Shown piece after piece: positions 39,350 through 51,668 of a stretch of 64,000 nucleotides of DNA. Position 1 is the first letter of the stretch, and every line of letters begins with the position of its first letter. Location of the stretch: NCBI GenBank assembly GCA_000165425.1, contig CT868096.1, positions 496,001-560,000 on the forward strand, read 5' to 3'. A program made the translations under genes and the position numbers. The stretch comes from Paramecium tetraurelia. Its lineage: Eukaryota. Under the pieces are notes generated by a model. The model searched no databases. It had not been told where the DNA came from and saw nothing but the letters and a program-made list of their open reading frames with translations.

Positions 39350-40415
39350 TCATGACTTTCTTTAAGTTAAATATTTCAATTTGTCGGTATCTGATCCTTG
39401 AATATTTTCGAATAATTTTTAAGCCTAAAATTAATTTGAAATATACATGATGAACATTGTGTGAAATTGCAGCTGGATAAATTGACGGATCAGTATAAGC
39501 CAACATAATAAATGTATTCTCTGTGAATTCATCTATGTAGACAGTAAACTTCTCTGATTTAACTGTTATTGCTTGAATGCTTGCTTATGTTTTCATACAA
39601 GTCAACTTAAATTACTTTATTATATTAGATAATCTCTCATATTTTTAGATGTCTATACTATCAATTCTTATAATTACCTTTTTTCTCATTTGTTTCCTAA
39701 AAATCAATAATCAAGAAAGTTGATTTTTCAAATAAAACTACTTCCTCACAACTACAAGTTTGGCAAAATGCTTTCAAACTCTCCTTTATAATATTGATAT
39801 TAGGTATTAAATTCTGAACAATCTAAGACCATGCTTTATATAGAGTTTCATCCCAAATTGATGTAGAAAACACGTCTTTAATTTCAATATTTAGGCCATC
39901 AGCTCTTTGAATAATCTCTTTGTATTTTCGCTATCAATATAAATCTTGATTATACTTCAAACACAATTTTTCTTTCTGATTCCTTAATTTTATCGAATTT
40001 ATGGATTAAAACAAATACAATTGCTCCAGGAGAACATTCTGATAAGCTTGTTACTGTGGTTTTAAAATCATTCAATTCCTTTATGAATAGATCTCCTTCT
40101 TTATCAACATCAAAAACATATATCAAAACTTCGACATTGGAGAATATTGTAGATTTTTAAGTTGTGAAATATTCTTATAAAAGTTTATCCTCAAAATACT
40201 CTGAAAATTATTACTTGTCCACCACAATCCCATAAATTTATCTTAAGATTTCCCATAAATTTGAATGAATTTTGATTTACATCCACAGTCAATCCAATCT
40301 ACATAACCTAATTTGGAGGAGTATTTGCAAAAATAATTGAATGCATAGAAGTTTTACCCACCTTATGTTAACCCATTAGTAACATTTTCTTCAATTTGTT
40401 TTCGTTTGAATTCAT
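39350..40415 (-). CDS. GTR1: Rag GTPase, RagA/B (Gtr1) family
   Basis: KKMLLMG..VGKTSMHSIIFAN, FMGNLKINLWDCGGQD, IFSNVEVLIYVFDV, LIHKFD, TSIWDETLYKAWS. Confidence 0.92.
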
Positions 40416-41156
40416 TTTAAATCTATAATGAAAGAATTATTATTATTCATAAGAACATTGATTTCATAAATATAAGGAAGAGATAATTAGTATATCTTTA
40501 AATGAAGAGTATTAATAAATGATGAAAATATATAAATTGTAATTATTTTGCTGTCACAATATACGTTAGAAGTGATCCACTTTTAGGAATAAAGAAATCA
40601 TAAAAATCTAAGAAATTAGCTTATATAAACAAGATTAAATAATACAAGAAAAAGTAGAATAATATATTTTTGAAATCTTATAGCATAATACAATTGCAAA
40701 GTAGGAGCATCCAATTTATATAAAAATGTTTTTCATTTAAATATCAATAACTAAATTGTATTTTTAATTGATTGATAATGATTGTAAAACGGATCTATGT
40801 TGATTCAATGGCCTATCCAATAATAGAGAATACGATTCAATATCCAAAAATGTAATCAAAAAACTAATATTTAAATATTTAGGTAATATAATATGAAATT
40901 AGAATTACCCTAAAACACTTGTTTTATGAAGGATTTAAACCTTCTCCTTGAAGTTGATAACAATCATATATATTAATAGATATATCTCAATAAATATGGT
41001 ATTTTAAATGTTTACATATATAAAAAGCTTTACCCATGCAAAATTTGATGTCAGATATTCTTAGATGAGTTGAACGAATTCCTCAGATGACTAAGTTATT
41101 TTTTACATAAATTCGGATTAATTTATATTTTATGAATTAATTATATTAATAAATAA

Positions 41157-42113
41157 ATGTCACAAGCCTCTTTTACTGGCTTTATTACTATAGAAGACAT
41201 AAAAAAACCAAAATATGATGTCAATCATCTGTTAGATCCTAATTATGATTCATTCGTGAGAGATATATTACCTATTAAAATTTAAAACTTTGAAATTAGG
41301 AGACTTGAATGGGATGATTTCACAGGTGAACCAAATAAAGAATCTCCATGGATTGCTCATAGTTATTGGAATATTCATTATGAAATACCCAAAAGGGAAA
41401 TAAGTAGAGCATCTTCAAATTAGAAATAATCACCAACAGTTACTAACCAAAAAAATAGTAATGCAAATATCACTTAATAATCTGAAAAAATTAACTTATC
41501 ACCTAAAAATTAAATTTAAATCACCTAATAATCTTAAGAAAAAGTTAATGTGAAATAATAATCACCTAAGCTGCCTCCAAAAATACCTCTTTAGCAAAAT
41601 AATATTTAAAATAGAACTAATAGTAGACTACAGAAATAAGTACACACTCCTTCTCTTAGAATAGCAAGTATCCAGGGAGTCTAAAGACAATCTTAGTAGA
41701 AAAACTAAACCCCAAAAAAATCTTCTAGAAGCAATTCAAATAGCACTCTTATGAAACAGTAATCTCCAAGATAATAATTAAACGTCTTAGTGTGCTGTAA
41801 ATTATTGGAGAAGTCATGGACGAAATCTGATTAGTATGATGATCTATTAGAACACGAAACTGGACACTATTTAATTGGGTGTTTGTGTGCTCTAGAATTT
41901 AAAAGAAAAGCAGAATAGATGGAATTAAGTAATTCAGAAAACTAGACGCAAGAAATCAAATAGTTATTTCAAGCTAATTTTAGAACATTTCTGAGTATAG
42001 AGAAGGATTATGATAAAGAAACTAACCATTATTGTAATTGGAGAATGTAAATGAAATGGAATAGAAAAATTAAAGAGTAATTATTGTTGTATGAAATGTA
42101 TTTTAATAATTGA
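41157..42113 (+). CDS. DUF922-like putative zinc metalloprotease (HETGH) with Q/S/K-rich insert
   Basis: RRLEWDDFTGEP..WIAHSYWNIHY; KSW..DDLLEHETGHYLIG; EKDYDKETNH..N..QMKWNRKI; 957 nt, intronless. Confidence 0.75.
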
Positions 42114-42384
42114 TGTTTATAGAGTATGTATTACTATATTTATAATAATAAGTAAAGTATATTCCCACTTAAGTGGTTAAGTTGATTAAACAATATATCT
42201 AAACTTAATTGAGAGTCTTCGAAATTAATAAATGAATTAAATATTTAATTATTATATATATATTTGAATTTTTTGAATGCAAATTTTAATTTGGTGTTCC
42301 ATTCCTTGTATTTGGTAGCAGGACTGAACGTATATAAAATATCGTATTAATTTAATATAATAAATATTTTATATAATAAAATTA

Positions 42385-43372
42385 ATGTATAAAGGTTACC
42401 CGACAGAAGTTAAAAGCAGCACAGGGTAAAGGATAACTAGACCATATAGTTAATAAAAGTATCTTATAAGTTAACTTAGGGAGTATATAGAATTGAAGTC
42501 CTCCCTTAAATAGCAATCGTAATCTTGTGATAAATCCAACTAATCCACTATACAAAAAGGCAAAGTGTCGAGCAAATAATAAGTGAAGAACAAAATGAAA
42601 CCAACATAAACGCGATTTTAATTTTAGTAACCTTAGAGTTTATAAACAACTCATCGTTATAATGATTCTCCGTATGTCAAGCCGCATTAATAATAACAAT
42701 TATTTGAGTTATAGAAAACAATAATGGCAGATTCCAACCGAATGGGTAATATTGTGAATCAAATGAAGTTCCACTCACAAACAAAATAAAATCCGTAACA
42801 GCCATAAAGGCATCACAAGTCAAATTATACAAATTGCTAAGAAAAATAACCCTAGAGTTTAAATGGTAGTTTTGAACTCAAGAAAAGAATTTTTACTACC
42901 AATTAGGAGGTCAATTCAAAATTAAATATCATTACTAAATCTAACAGAGCATAATCAGTGATGGACGAATACAAAACCACTGCCATAGAACTGCAATAGA
43001 CAATGAAAATACCAGAACCCATCCTGCCTTAACGAATAATACCCTATGATTCTGAGTAAAATATGATATTTAATAATAAGAACTGAATTCGAAGGATATA
43101 GAAAAGGAGATTTCTTAACATTCCAATCAGATGATGAGAGTGAAAACGAGGATTTCTTAAGGAAAGCAGGAATTGAAAACTTCTTAAAAAACTTGACGGA
43201 TAAGGAAATTTTGTTATTGGAAAAATATATATATTTAAGAAAATATGATATGATGGCTAAAAATCCCAAAACATCTACAAGGAATGAACAATACTTAAAT
43301 AATAATAATACTTCAAGAACTTCATAATAATATTAATAATTTTGCAAAATTAGTAGATAAACTAAAAAATGA
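42385..43372 (+). CDS. Hypothetical Gln-rich protein
   Basis: MYKGYPTEVKSSTGQRITRP..; one 25-nt intron restores frame; tail AGIENFLKNLTDKEILLLEKY. Confidence 0.65.
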
Positions 43373-43423
43373 ATTTATAATTATAATTATTTATATAAAA
43401 TTTTCTTATTATTATTATTACTT

Positions 43424-44606
43424 TCATATTGCTCCGCTGTTAAGTTTAGCTGTTAAATCCTCTGATTTTCTTGCAGAATCTACATGATCAAACACCAAAT
43501 TGTAAGCCTTTTGCACAACTTCAATTTCAGATTATCTGATAGTTTATTAATAAATACCTTTAAGTTTATCTGCTTAAATAAGCTTAATGATATTGTTCTT
43601 ATTATTCCTTAGTTAATTGTAAAAGTTCCTCAGTGATTGGGATATCAATTAGCAATTGTTCTTTTTAAGCCAAAACAATTTTCTAACATAAAATTATTTA
43701 ATGGTCTTACCTATTGATTGAATTTGTCATTAAATTATTGATTTAAGTTCTCTAGATCGGTTGACAATCTCTTTCTTAAAGTTTCGATTTCATTCATAGA
43801 AGTATCGAAATTGTTTGAAGCTACTTCTTCAGCTGCAATATCCTCATTCAAACTCTTCTTGGCACCATCTCTAATTTATTCTAATTTCTCTAATATTCTT
43901 TAGACAGTGGGAACATCAAATCTAGTAGTTAATTTTATAAGAATTGTGATAGGGTGATTGGGACCGAATTATTCGTGACATTCAGCATGTATTTAAGTCA
44001 AAATAGTTTATCTATCTTATTCTGAAGTCTATTGATCAACTGCTCTGCTCAATTTCTCAATGATTAGGGTTAATGCATTAATAACTTTATTTGCCTATTC
44101 AACTCTTCTGTTATAAGCTTTGACATCAGCAGCTCTGGCATTTCTGATGAATTGTTCTTATTCATTAAGAATTGCTAATTGCTTTTCATAGGTTATGATG
44201 GTTTCTCTGAGGATGACCAATAATTCAGCCAAGGTTTAGATCAATACATTTGCATTAGCTAGATCTGTGTTTAATTTTGAGAGATCATCTTCTAATTCAC
44301 CAATATTCTAATCGAAAACTGCCATTTATCTTGAATGTGCAACATCATCGTCCACTTAATCTTATTTTAATGAATCCAATAATTCTTAAATAAGTTTTAA
44401 GACTTCATCTACTTATCCTCCTGTTTCTAATTTAATTTATACTAATTCCTTCAATTAATCGCTATATGGGCTTTGGCCAAACTAGGGTATTTAATGGTTG
44501 ATTATACTTAATGAAACGATTTCATCAATAATGAGGCTTATGGAGTCATGGCTGATAAGCAAACTCCGATTGTCAATGCCAATATATTAAAACGGATTAA
44601 GCTCAT
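43424..44606 (-). CDS. Trichocyst matrix protein family precursor
   Basis: Signal peptide; QIKLETGGQVDEVLKLIQELLDSLKQDQVDDD; HPITILIKLTTRFDVPTVQRILEKLEQIRD; acidic heptads. Confidence 0.82.
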
Positions 44607-44674
44607 TATTTATATAATAAAATAATTATTAGAGAGTGTAAATGATCTCTATATTATTAAATTGGATTGATATT

Positions 44675-45868
44675 TCATTCATTCTAAACCTATTTTCTAA
44701 CTGCATCACTTAAAGAATATTAGGATCTCTCGTATGAATCAACTTTCTAAGATTTCATAGAATGTCTATAAATACCCTATCATTAACGTAGTCATCCACT
44801 CTCTATTTGAATTTGTCCTCAGAAGTTCCTACTTAAGTAGAATAAATTCTATAAACATCAGTAAATAAATTAAGTTCTTCTTGTAATCTTGCTTTATTTT
44901 TATTATATTGAATTTCCTCATTTTTTAAGTCCTATCAATATTTTACTTTTAGTGTACTTCAATAGCTCTTTGTTGTTATTATTGTAAGGCAACTCCTTTT
45001 TCTCTGCAACTGACAGCTGCAAATCTTGCTTATACTAATTGTTCATCTAATTTTATGAGATTCTTTTATTCAGATGAAAGATCATAATTGATTTATTCAT
45101 TTTCTATATCGATAGCTCCTTTGAAATCAGCCAGAGTGACTCCAGTGGTAATTTCAAGATTTTATGCATTTTTTATTTGTTCTCTGATATATCTCTCCAT
45201 ATCATCAAGCATTTCAATTAATTATCCTTTGACTGTATTGAGATTTCCTTATGAAGAGGGTGTAACTTGATTCCAATCAATAAACATCGTCTCAGCAAAT
45301 TCATGTGCTAATTCAACAAGTTCTGACATTTTGGCTGTTTTGTACATAGTTAAAAATTTTTCAACGTAAGAACCATATCTATTTAATTGATTATTATCTA
45401 AATTTTAAAGAGAGTTTCTCAAAAATATTATTAATCTTAAAGTCATATTATCATTTTTGACTCTTTCAATATAGTTTGAAGAATGGGTGCATCTACTTTA
45501 AATGGGATATTGTACCTATTGGCATCTAGTGTTTGAATTCTATTGGAATTATCAACAAGTCTCTTTTATAAATATGCAATATATTTATTTGTTTTATCAA
45601 TATCGGATTCTCTATCTGAGACAGATTTATCTCTACTTGCGCATAAAAAGTTTTATTCTTAATAGGCCTTGCCTAAATTGAATATTATATTCTCTTTGAG
45701 CTAAAATGCTTATTAGAATCGTACATTTTTAGAGACTGTATAATCTGTATTAAGGGCTGTAAGTTCAACAGCTGATGCCCCTTTTAAGTCAGCCAATAAC
45801 TTCTCAACAGTATCTACTTCATTTTGGCACATTACACCAATAACTAGCAATAACAAGAGGGTCTTCAT
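44675..45868 (-). CDS. Trichocyst matrix protein family precursor (divergent)
   Basis: MKTLLLLLVIGVMCQNEVDTVEKLLADLK; RC..SNYIERVK..LRLIIFLRN; second half VKGQLIEMLDDMERYI; ~365 aa. Confidence 0.72.
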
Positions 45869-45899
45869 GCCGTTTTTTAATTTTTTTATATTATATTAA

Positions 45900-46803
45900 A
45901 TGAATTTTACTTAAGAATAAAATAAAGAAACAAGTATATTTTACAAATCTAAACTTTGTACTCATTGGTCAACAAGTAACATCATTTATCATATTTTATT
46001 TAGAAGGACATTGTGCTAAATAAGAAAAATGCAATTATGCACATGGAGAAACTGAATTGCGTCATATACCACAAGAATATTTGACTCATCCTCATACTAA
46101 TAACTCCAGTGCCTTTTCGATTAACAATGAAGGGCAGACGAATATGGCTGTGATCCAATAAAACTCAATATAGGGATAACTCTTAAATCCCTTTTGGAAA
46201 ACTAAAATTTGTAATTTCTACCTTCAAGGAAAATGTAGAAATATTATCGATTGCAATTATGCTCACGTTGAAGATGAACTCAGAGACCCCAACAGTCAAG
46301 CATGTCAATCTATTCAGAACATCCTTAAATTATAAGATCCTGTTTATAGATTATAATTACTCAACTATAATGCTTAATTTCAAAAGAATTTGTTGGAGCG
46401 TGCCAAAACTATATTTGATTAAATAAGGAAAATGGAGTTAATACACAAAAACAACAATGATATTCAAGACATGCTTGAAGAAGCCAAATTATTGATATTT
46501 TAAAAAGAAATCGAATAAGCCACATTGAAAATCATCGAGATAATGTCATTGCCTGATCTAACTTTAGATGAAAGAGAATAACATTAAGAAATTAAAAGTA
46601 AAATCAAAGAATCCTTTGAGATTCCTTAAGTTCAATTTCCAACCACATCTAAATATCCTCCTGAAGATATTGAAAAAATGAAATAATTAATGGAGTAAGA
46701 ATAAGGACAGAGACTACCCATCCCCATGATACCTACAATCAAACCATTTCCGAACCATTAACAAGTTTACTAGGATAGATGCAAAAATCAAAAATTAACA
46801 TGA
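45900..46803 (+). CDS. Two-CCCH zinc finger RNA-binding protein (tristetraprolin-like fingers)
   Basis: YKSKLCTHWSTKGHCAKQEKCNYAHGETELR and WKTKICNFYLQGKCRNIIDCNYAHVEDELR. Confidence 0.9.
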
Positions 46804-46871
46804 TAAAATTATTATGTAAATAAAGACACAGATTTTATTATTATTATTATATTTAATATTAAAAAATGGTT

Positions 46872-47710
46872 TCATTTTTTAGCTTGCTAAGCTGCTTGCT
46901 TCTTCTTTTCAGCTTCAAGTCTCTCTTTCTCCTTTTGATCTAACCATTCCTTTTTGGCTGCCTCGAAATTTCTATCATATTTTATGTCTTATTAATTTGC
47001 GATATTTTATAAAGTAGTTCTACCTTATGGACCTTCAGCATTCTTTCTGCCATTTTAAGGTCCTTTTTTATCTGTCCCATTCTTTAGATCTTCTAATAAT
47101 TTTAACTATCATAATTCATTATCATACTGTATTCTCAGGTGTTAAATCTTCATAAACCCATTCATTATTCACTTATATCATTGGAGCATTAGCACATGCT
47201 CCCAAACATTCTACCTCTTGCAAAGTAAATAGTCCATCTGCTGAAGTCTCCCCATTTTTGATATTCAATTTTTATTCAATAGCTTTCATTATATCTCTAG
47301 ATCCACATAATTAACAGGGTGTTGTACCACAAACTTAGAGATGGAATTTACCGACTCGTTCTCTATTAAACATTGAGTAAAATGAGGCTGTTTCAAAGAC
47401 ATCCATTTCTGGGATTTCTAATATCTTTGCAATCTGCCTATTTAATAATTAAAATAACCTTTTTCATTGCAGTTAAACTCAAAAAGTTATTATTTTATTT
47501 TTAAGCTAGCATTAATAATGGAATAGTCCCTGATTTTTTTTCATTGGAAGGAAACTTTGCCAAAATAACTTCAATTTTTTTATAATTTTCATCTGTAAAA
47601 TCAAATGGTACTGAATCACTATTATCATCTCTATTTCTATGTGCAACAAACACATTTGAAAATCTGTGAATTGATCTTCTCTGAACTAATTATACAACTT
47701 TTTATATCAT
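46872..47710 (-). CDS. NDUFV2: NADH:ubiquinone oxidoreductase 24 kDa subunit
   Basis: [55 protein letters not shown]. Confidence 0.96.
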
Positions 47711-47776
47711 AAATTAATTAATCAAAAGTTTTCAATGTTATGTTCACTATATTTTTTATAAAGATTAGAATAATCA

Positions 47777-48657
47777 TCAATTTATCTATTATTTTATTTT
47801 AACTTCCTTATTTATGATTTTAAAAATTTTCTAACAGTACTGTCATCCAAAATTTAGCTAGATTAACTTGTATCTTAAAGCTAATTATAACAATATAATT
47901 GTACAATGTTGCTTTCTTAAATTGAAATACTATTTTACAGTATTTTTAACTTTTAATTTTCCTATTTCAATTTCTCTCTAAGATAAGAATTCGATAAATA
48001 TTGATATCTCAATTTTAATTCCTTATTTTTTTACTCTTACTTCTCTAAATCTAATTGTTATAGATAATTCTTCCTTTTCTCTTCTTCCAATTGATGATGT
48101 AAACCAAATAATTGATTTTTTAGAGTTTGATTCTCATATCTTTCAATCTTGTTGGATTATTGCAATTTTTTGTATTTAATTTTTAATTGTTCCTACTTTT
48201 TTTGTATAATATTAAATTTAAGGAATAACATATTTTCTAATTTACTTTGTGAATCTGATGTTATTGTATAGCTATCTGAACTCTCATTTAATTGTTCTAT
48301 GTAGTCATCAATCGCATCTATAAAATTCTTGATTTTGCCTTTTTGATTAAACGAAAACCTCTTTCTGGTGACTTCTGTTTTTGGTTTGGAGTTAATGGCT
48401 TTGTGTTTGAGATCTCTAAATGGAATGTCTCTATTTTTGATTTAATTGTTATGTTACAAGTCTAATTTTGAAATATTCTTTTTGTTAAAGGTTGACTTTG
48501 ATTAATGAAGTGAAACCGAAAATGAATCAGTAAATGTTTTATTATTCTTTTAATATCAAAAAATTGGTGTTACTTGTGATAACTTATGCATTTGCATGAG
48601 ATCAGAATTCAATGATTGTCTTCTACTTTGCTTTCCAAATTCTTGATTATTATACAT
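47777..48657 (-). CDS. Hypothetical coiled-coil protein
   Basis: MYNNQEFGKQSRRQSLNS..; 27-nt intron carrying an in-frame TGA; Q/E/K-rich frame; 3' end approximate. Confidence 0.6.
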
Positions 48658-48770
48658 TATACTTTACTTGCATAATTAATACTCATGTAAATAATATTAA
48701 TAAAATTAATTACTAAAATAGAAAGACTTTCTAACAAAAGAAATTTTACTATTAAGAATATATAATTTTA

Positions 48771-49864
48771 ATGAAAAAATTAATAATATTCACCGTTTTT
48801 ATAGTGGTGATTTGTGGTTAATAAGATTTGGCAGAAGCATTCACACAACTATCCTCAAGTGATCCTGATAGAACAAAACTTAACTGGCCCAATTTATCTC
48901 AAGCCATTTCAGATTTATTGTGTGATGTTCAACATGTGAGATAAATTGAGAGTGACACAAATCAATAGAAATCAGCATTACTTTAAAAAGTAACAATTGA
49001 ATATATATTCCTAGTTAATTATATTACACGATAGAACTTCTGGCTAAATTAAAGTGGATTTGGCAAAACATAAAACGAAACTCAATGATTAATTGACTCC
49101 TTATAAAAATGAATTGGATGAGGCTTTGAGATATAGAGCAGGGATTTTGGATCAATAAAAATAGGATTTGAAGATCAATGATGCAGACTTCACAAAGATG
49201 AAAGAATCAGCAAAATAAGAAATGGATGATGTTAGTATTGCCTTACAATCTGTGGATTCAGTATTAAATTTGATATATTCTTAAGATGAGAAAAACAGTT
49301 AAAGAGTTATTGCAAGGAGGTTCAGGTGGAAACTCATTTGTGGAAATCAAGACTTCTTTAGAAGAGTTCCATGCAAAAATAACTTCATTGGCAAAATCAG
49401 ATTCTCCTCTTTTAACTTTGGCTGGCTCACTCCAAGAGCTCTTACAACTTGATTTTAAGGACAGAAAAGTCTTAAAAGACCTTGAATAATTGTTGGATCA
49501 ATTTTGGATGAATACCATAGATTACAGAATAGAGTTGATAAGTCAAGCCAATAGAAATTAGTAACTGTATGAAGACAGAAGACAAGCCATTTTACAAGAC
49601 AAAGACACAACAATTGAACTTTACAATTCAAAGATCGAAGAATACAATACTGTTTTCGATGAGATCCAAAATATCTAAACTTACATAGAAAACAGATAAA
49701 AAGATCTAGATGATAGTGCAAGTTCTCAAGACTTCTTTAAGAATATTTGGGGATTGAATGAGGGGATTACAAGTTCAGTTGATAAGTCCTTGATTAGCAA
49801 GGCTTCGGCAATATAAGATGCATTGAAATAAATAGGAAATGGAGTTAGTTTTTAAGAGAAGTGA
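48771..49864 (+). CDS. Trichocyst matrix protein-like precursor (divergent)
   Basis: Signal peptide MKKLIIFTVFIVVICG; heptad halves joined by GGSGGNSFVEI..DFKDRKVLKDLEQLL; ~345 aa, two introns. Confidence 0.65.
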
Positions 49865-49926
49865 CTTCTAATTACAAAATCTTATGAAAATGCAAAAATT
49901 AAATAAATTTCTTTTTTAAATAAAAA

Positions 49927-51624
49927 ATGAGTAGTGTTCAATTTGTCAATTCCAAAGCTGAAGTTCTTCGTAAATATTAAGCCTTGGCAATGAATATAAA
50001 TGCAGCAGCTGGTTTAATGGAAGTGATGAAATCAAATCTGGGACCAAAAGGAACCCTAAAAATGTTAGTGGGAGGTGCTGGATAAATAAAACTTACAAAG
50101 GATGGTGCTGTTCTGTTATCAGAAATGCAAATTCAACATCCCACAGCAGCCATGATTGCCAGAAGTGCTACAGCCTAGGATGATATCATTGGAGATGGTA
50201 CAACAAGCAATGTTCTTTTGATTGGCGCATTAATGAAATAAGCAGAAAGATTATTGGCTGAAGGAATTCATCCCAGAGTAATCACAGAAGGATTCGAATT
50301 GGCTAGAAAGGAAGCCTTATCATTTTTGGACACTTTCAAGTATTAGTAAATTGATAAGGCTGTATTAATAAATGTGGCTAGAACTTCATTAAATAGTAAA
50401 TTGACTCCAGATGTTGCTAATCAGTAACTAATATAATATAATATTACTTAGAATTATTGAGATCGTTGTTGATGCAGTTTAAATAGTTCAAGTACCAGAG
50501 AAGCCAATAGATTTATTTATGGTTGAGATCATGCATATGTAACATAAGATGGGAGCAGAGACAGAATTGATTAGAGGATTAGTATTGGATCATGGAGCAA
50601 GACATCCAGATATGCCAAAGTTTGTTAAGAAATGTTACATCTTAAATTTGAATGTCTCTTTGGAATATGAGAAGACTGAAGTAAAATGGAAATAAATTAA
50701 TAGGTTCACAGTGGATTCTTTTATAATACAGCTGATGACAGAGAGAAATTGGCAAGATCTGAAAGAAAATTGACAGATGACAAATGTTAATAAATTATTG
50801 ATTTCAAGAGAAAAGTTTGTGAGAAGAATGGCTATGGATTTGCAGTTATCAATTAAAAAGGAATTGATCCAGTCTGTTTAGAAATGTTTGCCAAAGAAGG
50901 CATTGTTGGTATCAGAAGAGCAAAAAAGAGAAATATGGAAAGAATTGCAAAGGCCTGTGGTGGTAATTCAGTAAATGCAGTTGAAGATTTGACAGAAAGT
51001 GATCTCGGATACTGTGAAGTGGTAATCATTTTACATTATAATTAGTTAAGAGAATATACCTTAGGAGAAGAGAAATACACATTTATTGAAGGAGTTTAAA
51101 ATCCCACTTCATGCACCATTTTAATTAGAGGACCAAATGAACACACTATTGCCTAAATCAAAGATGCTATTAGAGATGGATTAAGAGCTGTGAAAAATGC
51201 AGTTGAAGATAAATGCGTTATTCCTGGAGCTGGTGCCTTTGAAATTGCCACCAGTGTACATCTTTAAAAATTCAAAGATTCAGTCGCTGGAAAAGCTAAA
51301 TTGGGAGTCCAAGCATTCGCTGAATCATTATTAGTTATTCCAAAAGCTTTGGCAGAGAATTGCGGATATGATGTTTAGGAAACACTCATTTAAGTTACAG
51401 ATGAATTCATTAAAAATAATATTCCAGTTGGAGTGAGTGTCAATGAACAAGGCTTCATTGCTCCAATTGCTAATGGCATTTTTGATAATTATTGCTCTAA
51501 AAGATCATGGTTGAACATTGCACCCACATTAGCTTAATAATTATTGTTAGTTGATGAAGTATATATTTTAATTAATTTATAGATAATGAGAGCAGGAAAA
51601 CAAGCAGGAGGAGCTCCATAATGA
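49927..51624 (+). CDS. CCT6: T-complex protein 1 subunit zeta
   Basis: [64 protein letters not shown]; four introns. Confidence 0.98.
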
Positions 51625-51668
51625 TAGGAATGATATTATTATGTTAAATTATTACAAAATTAAGTTAA

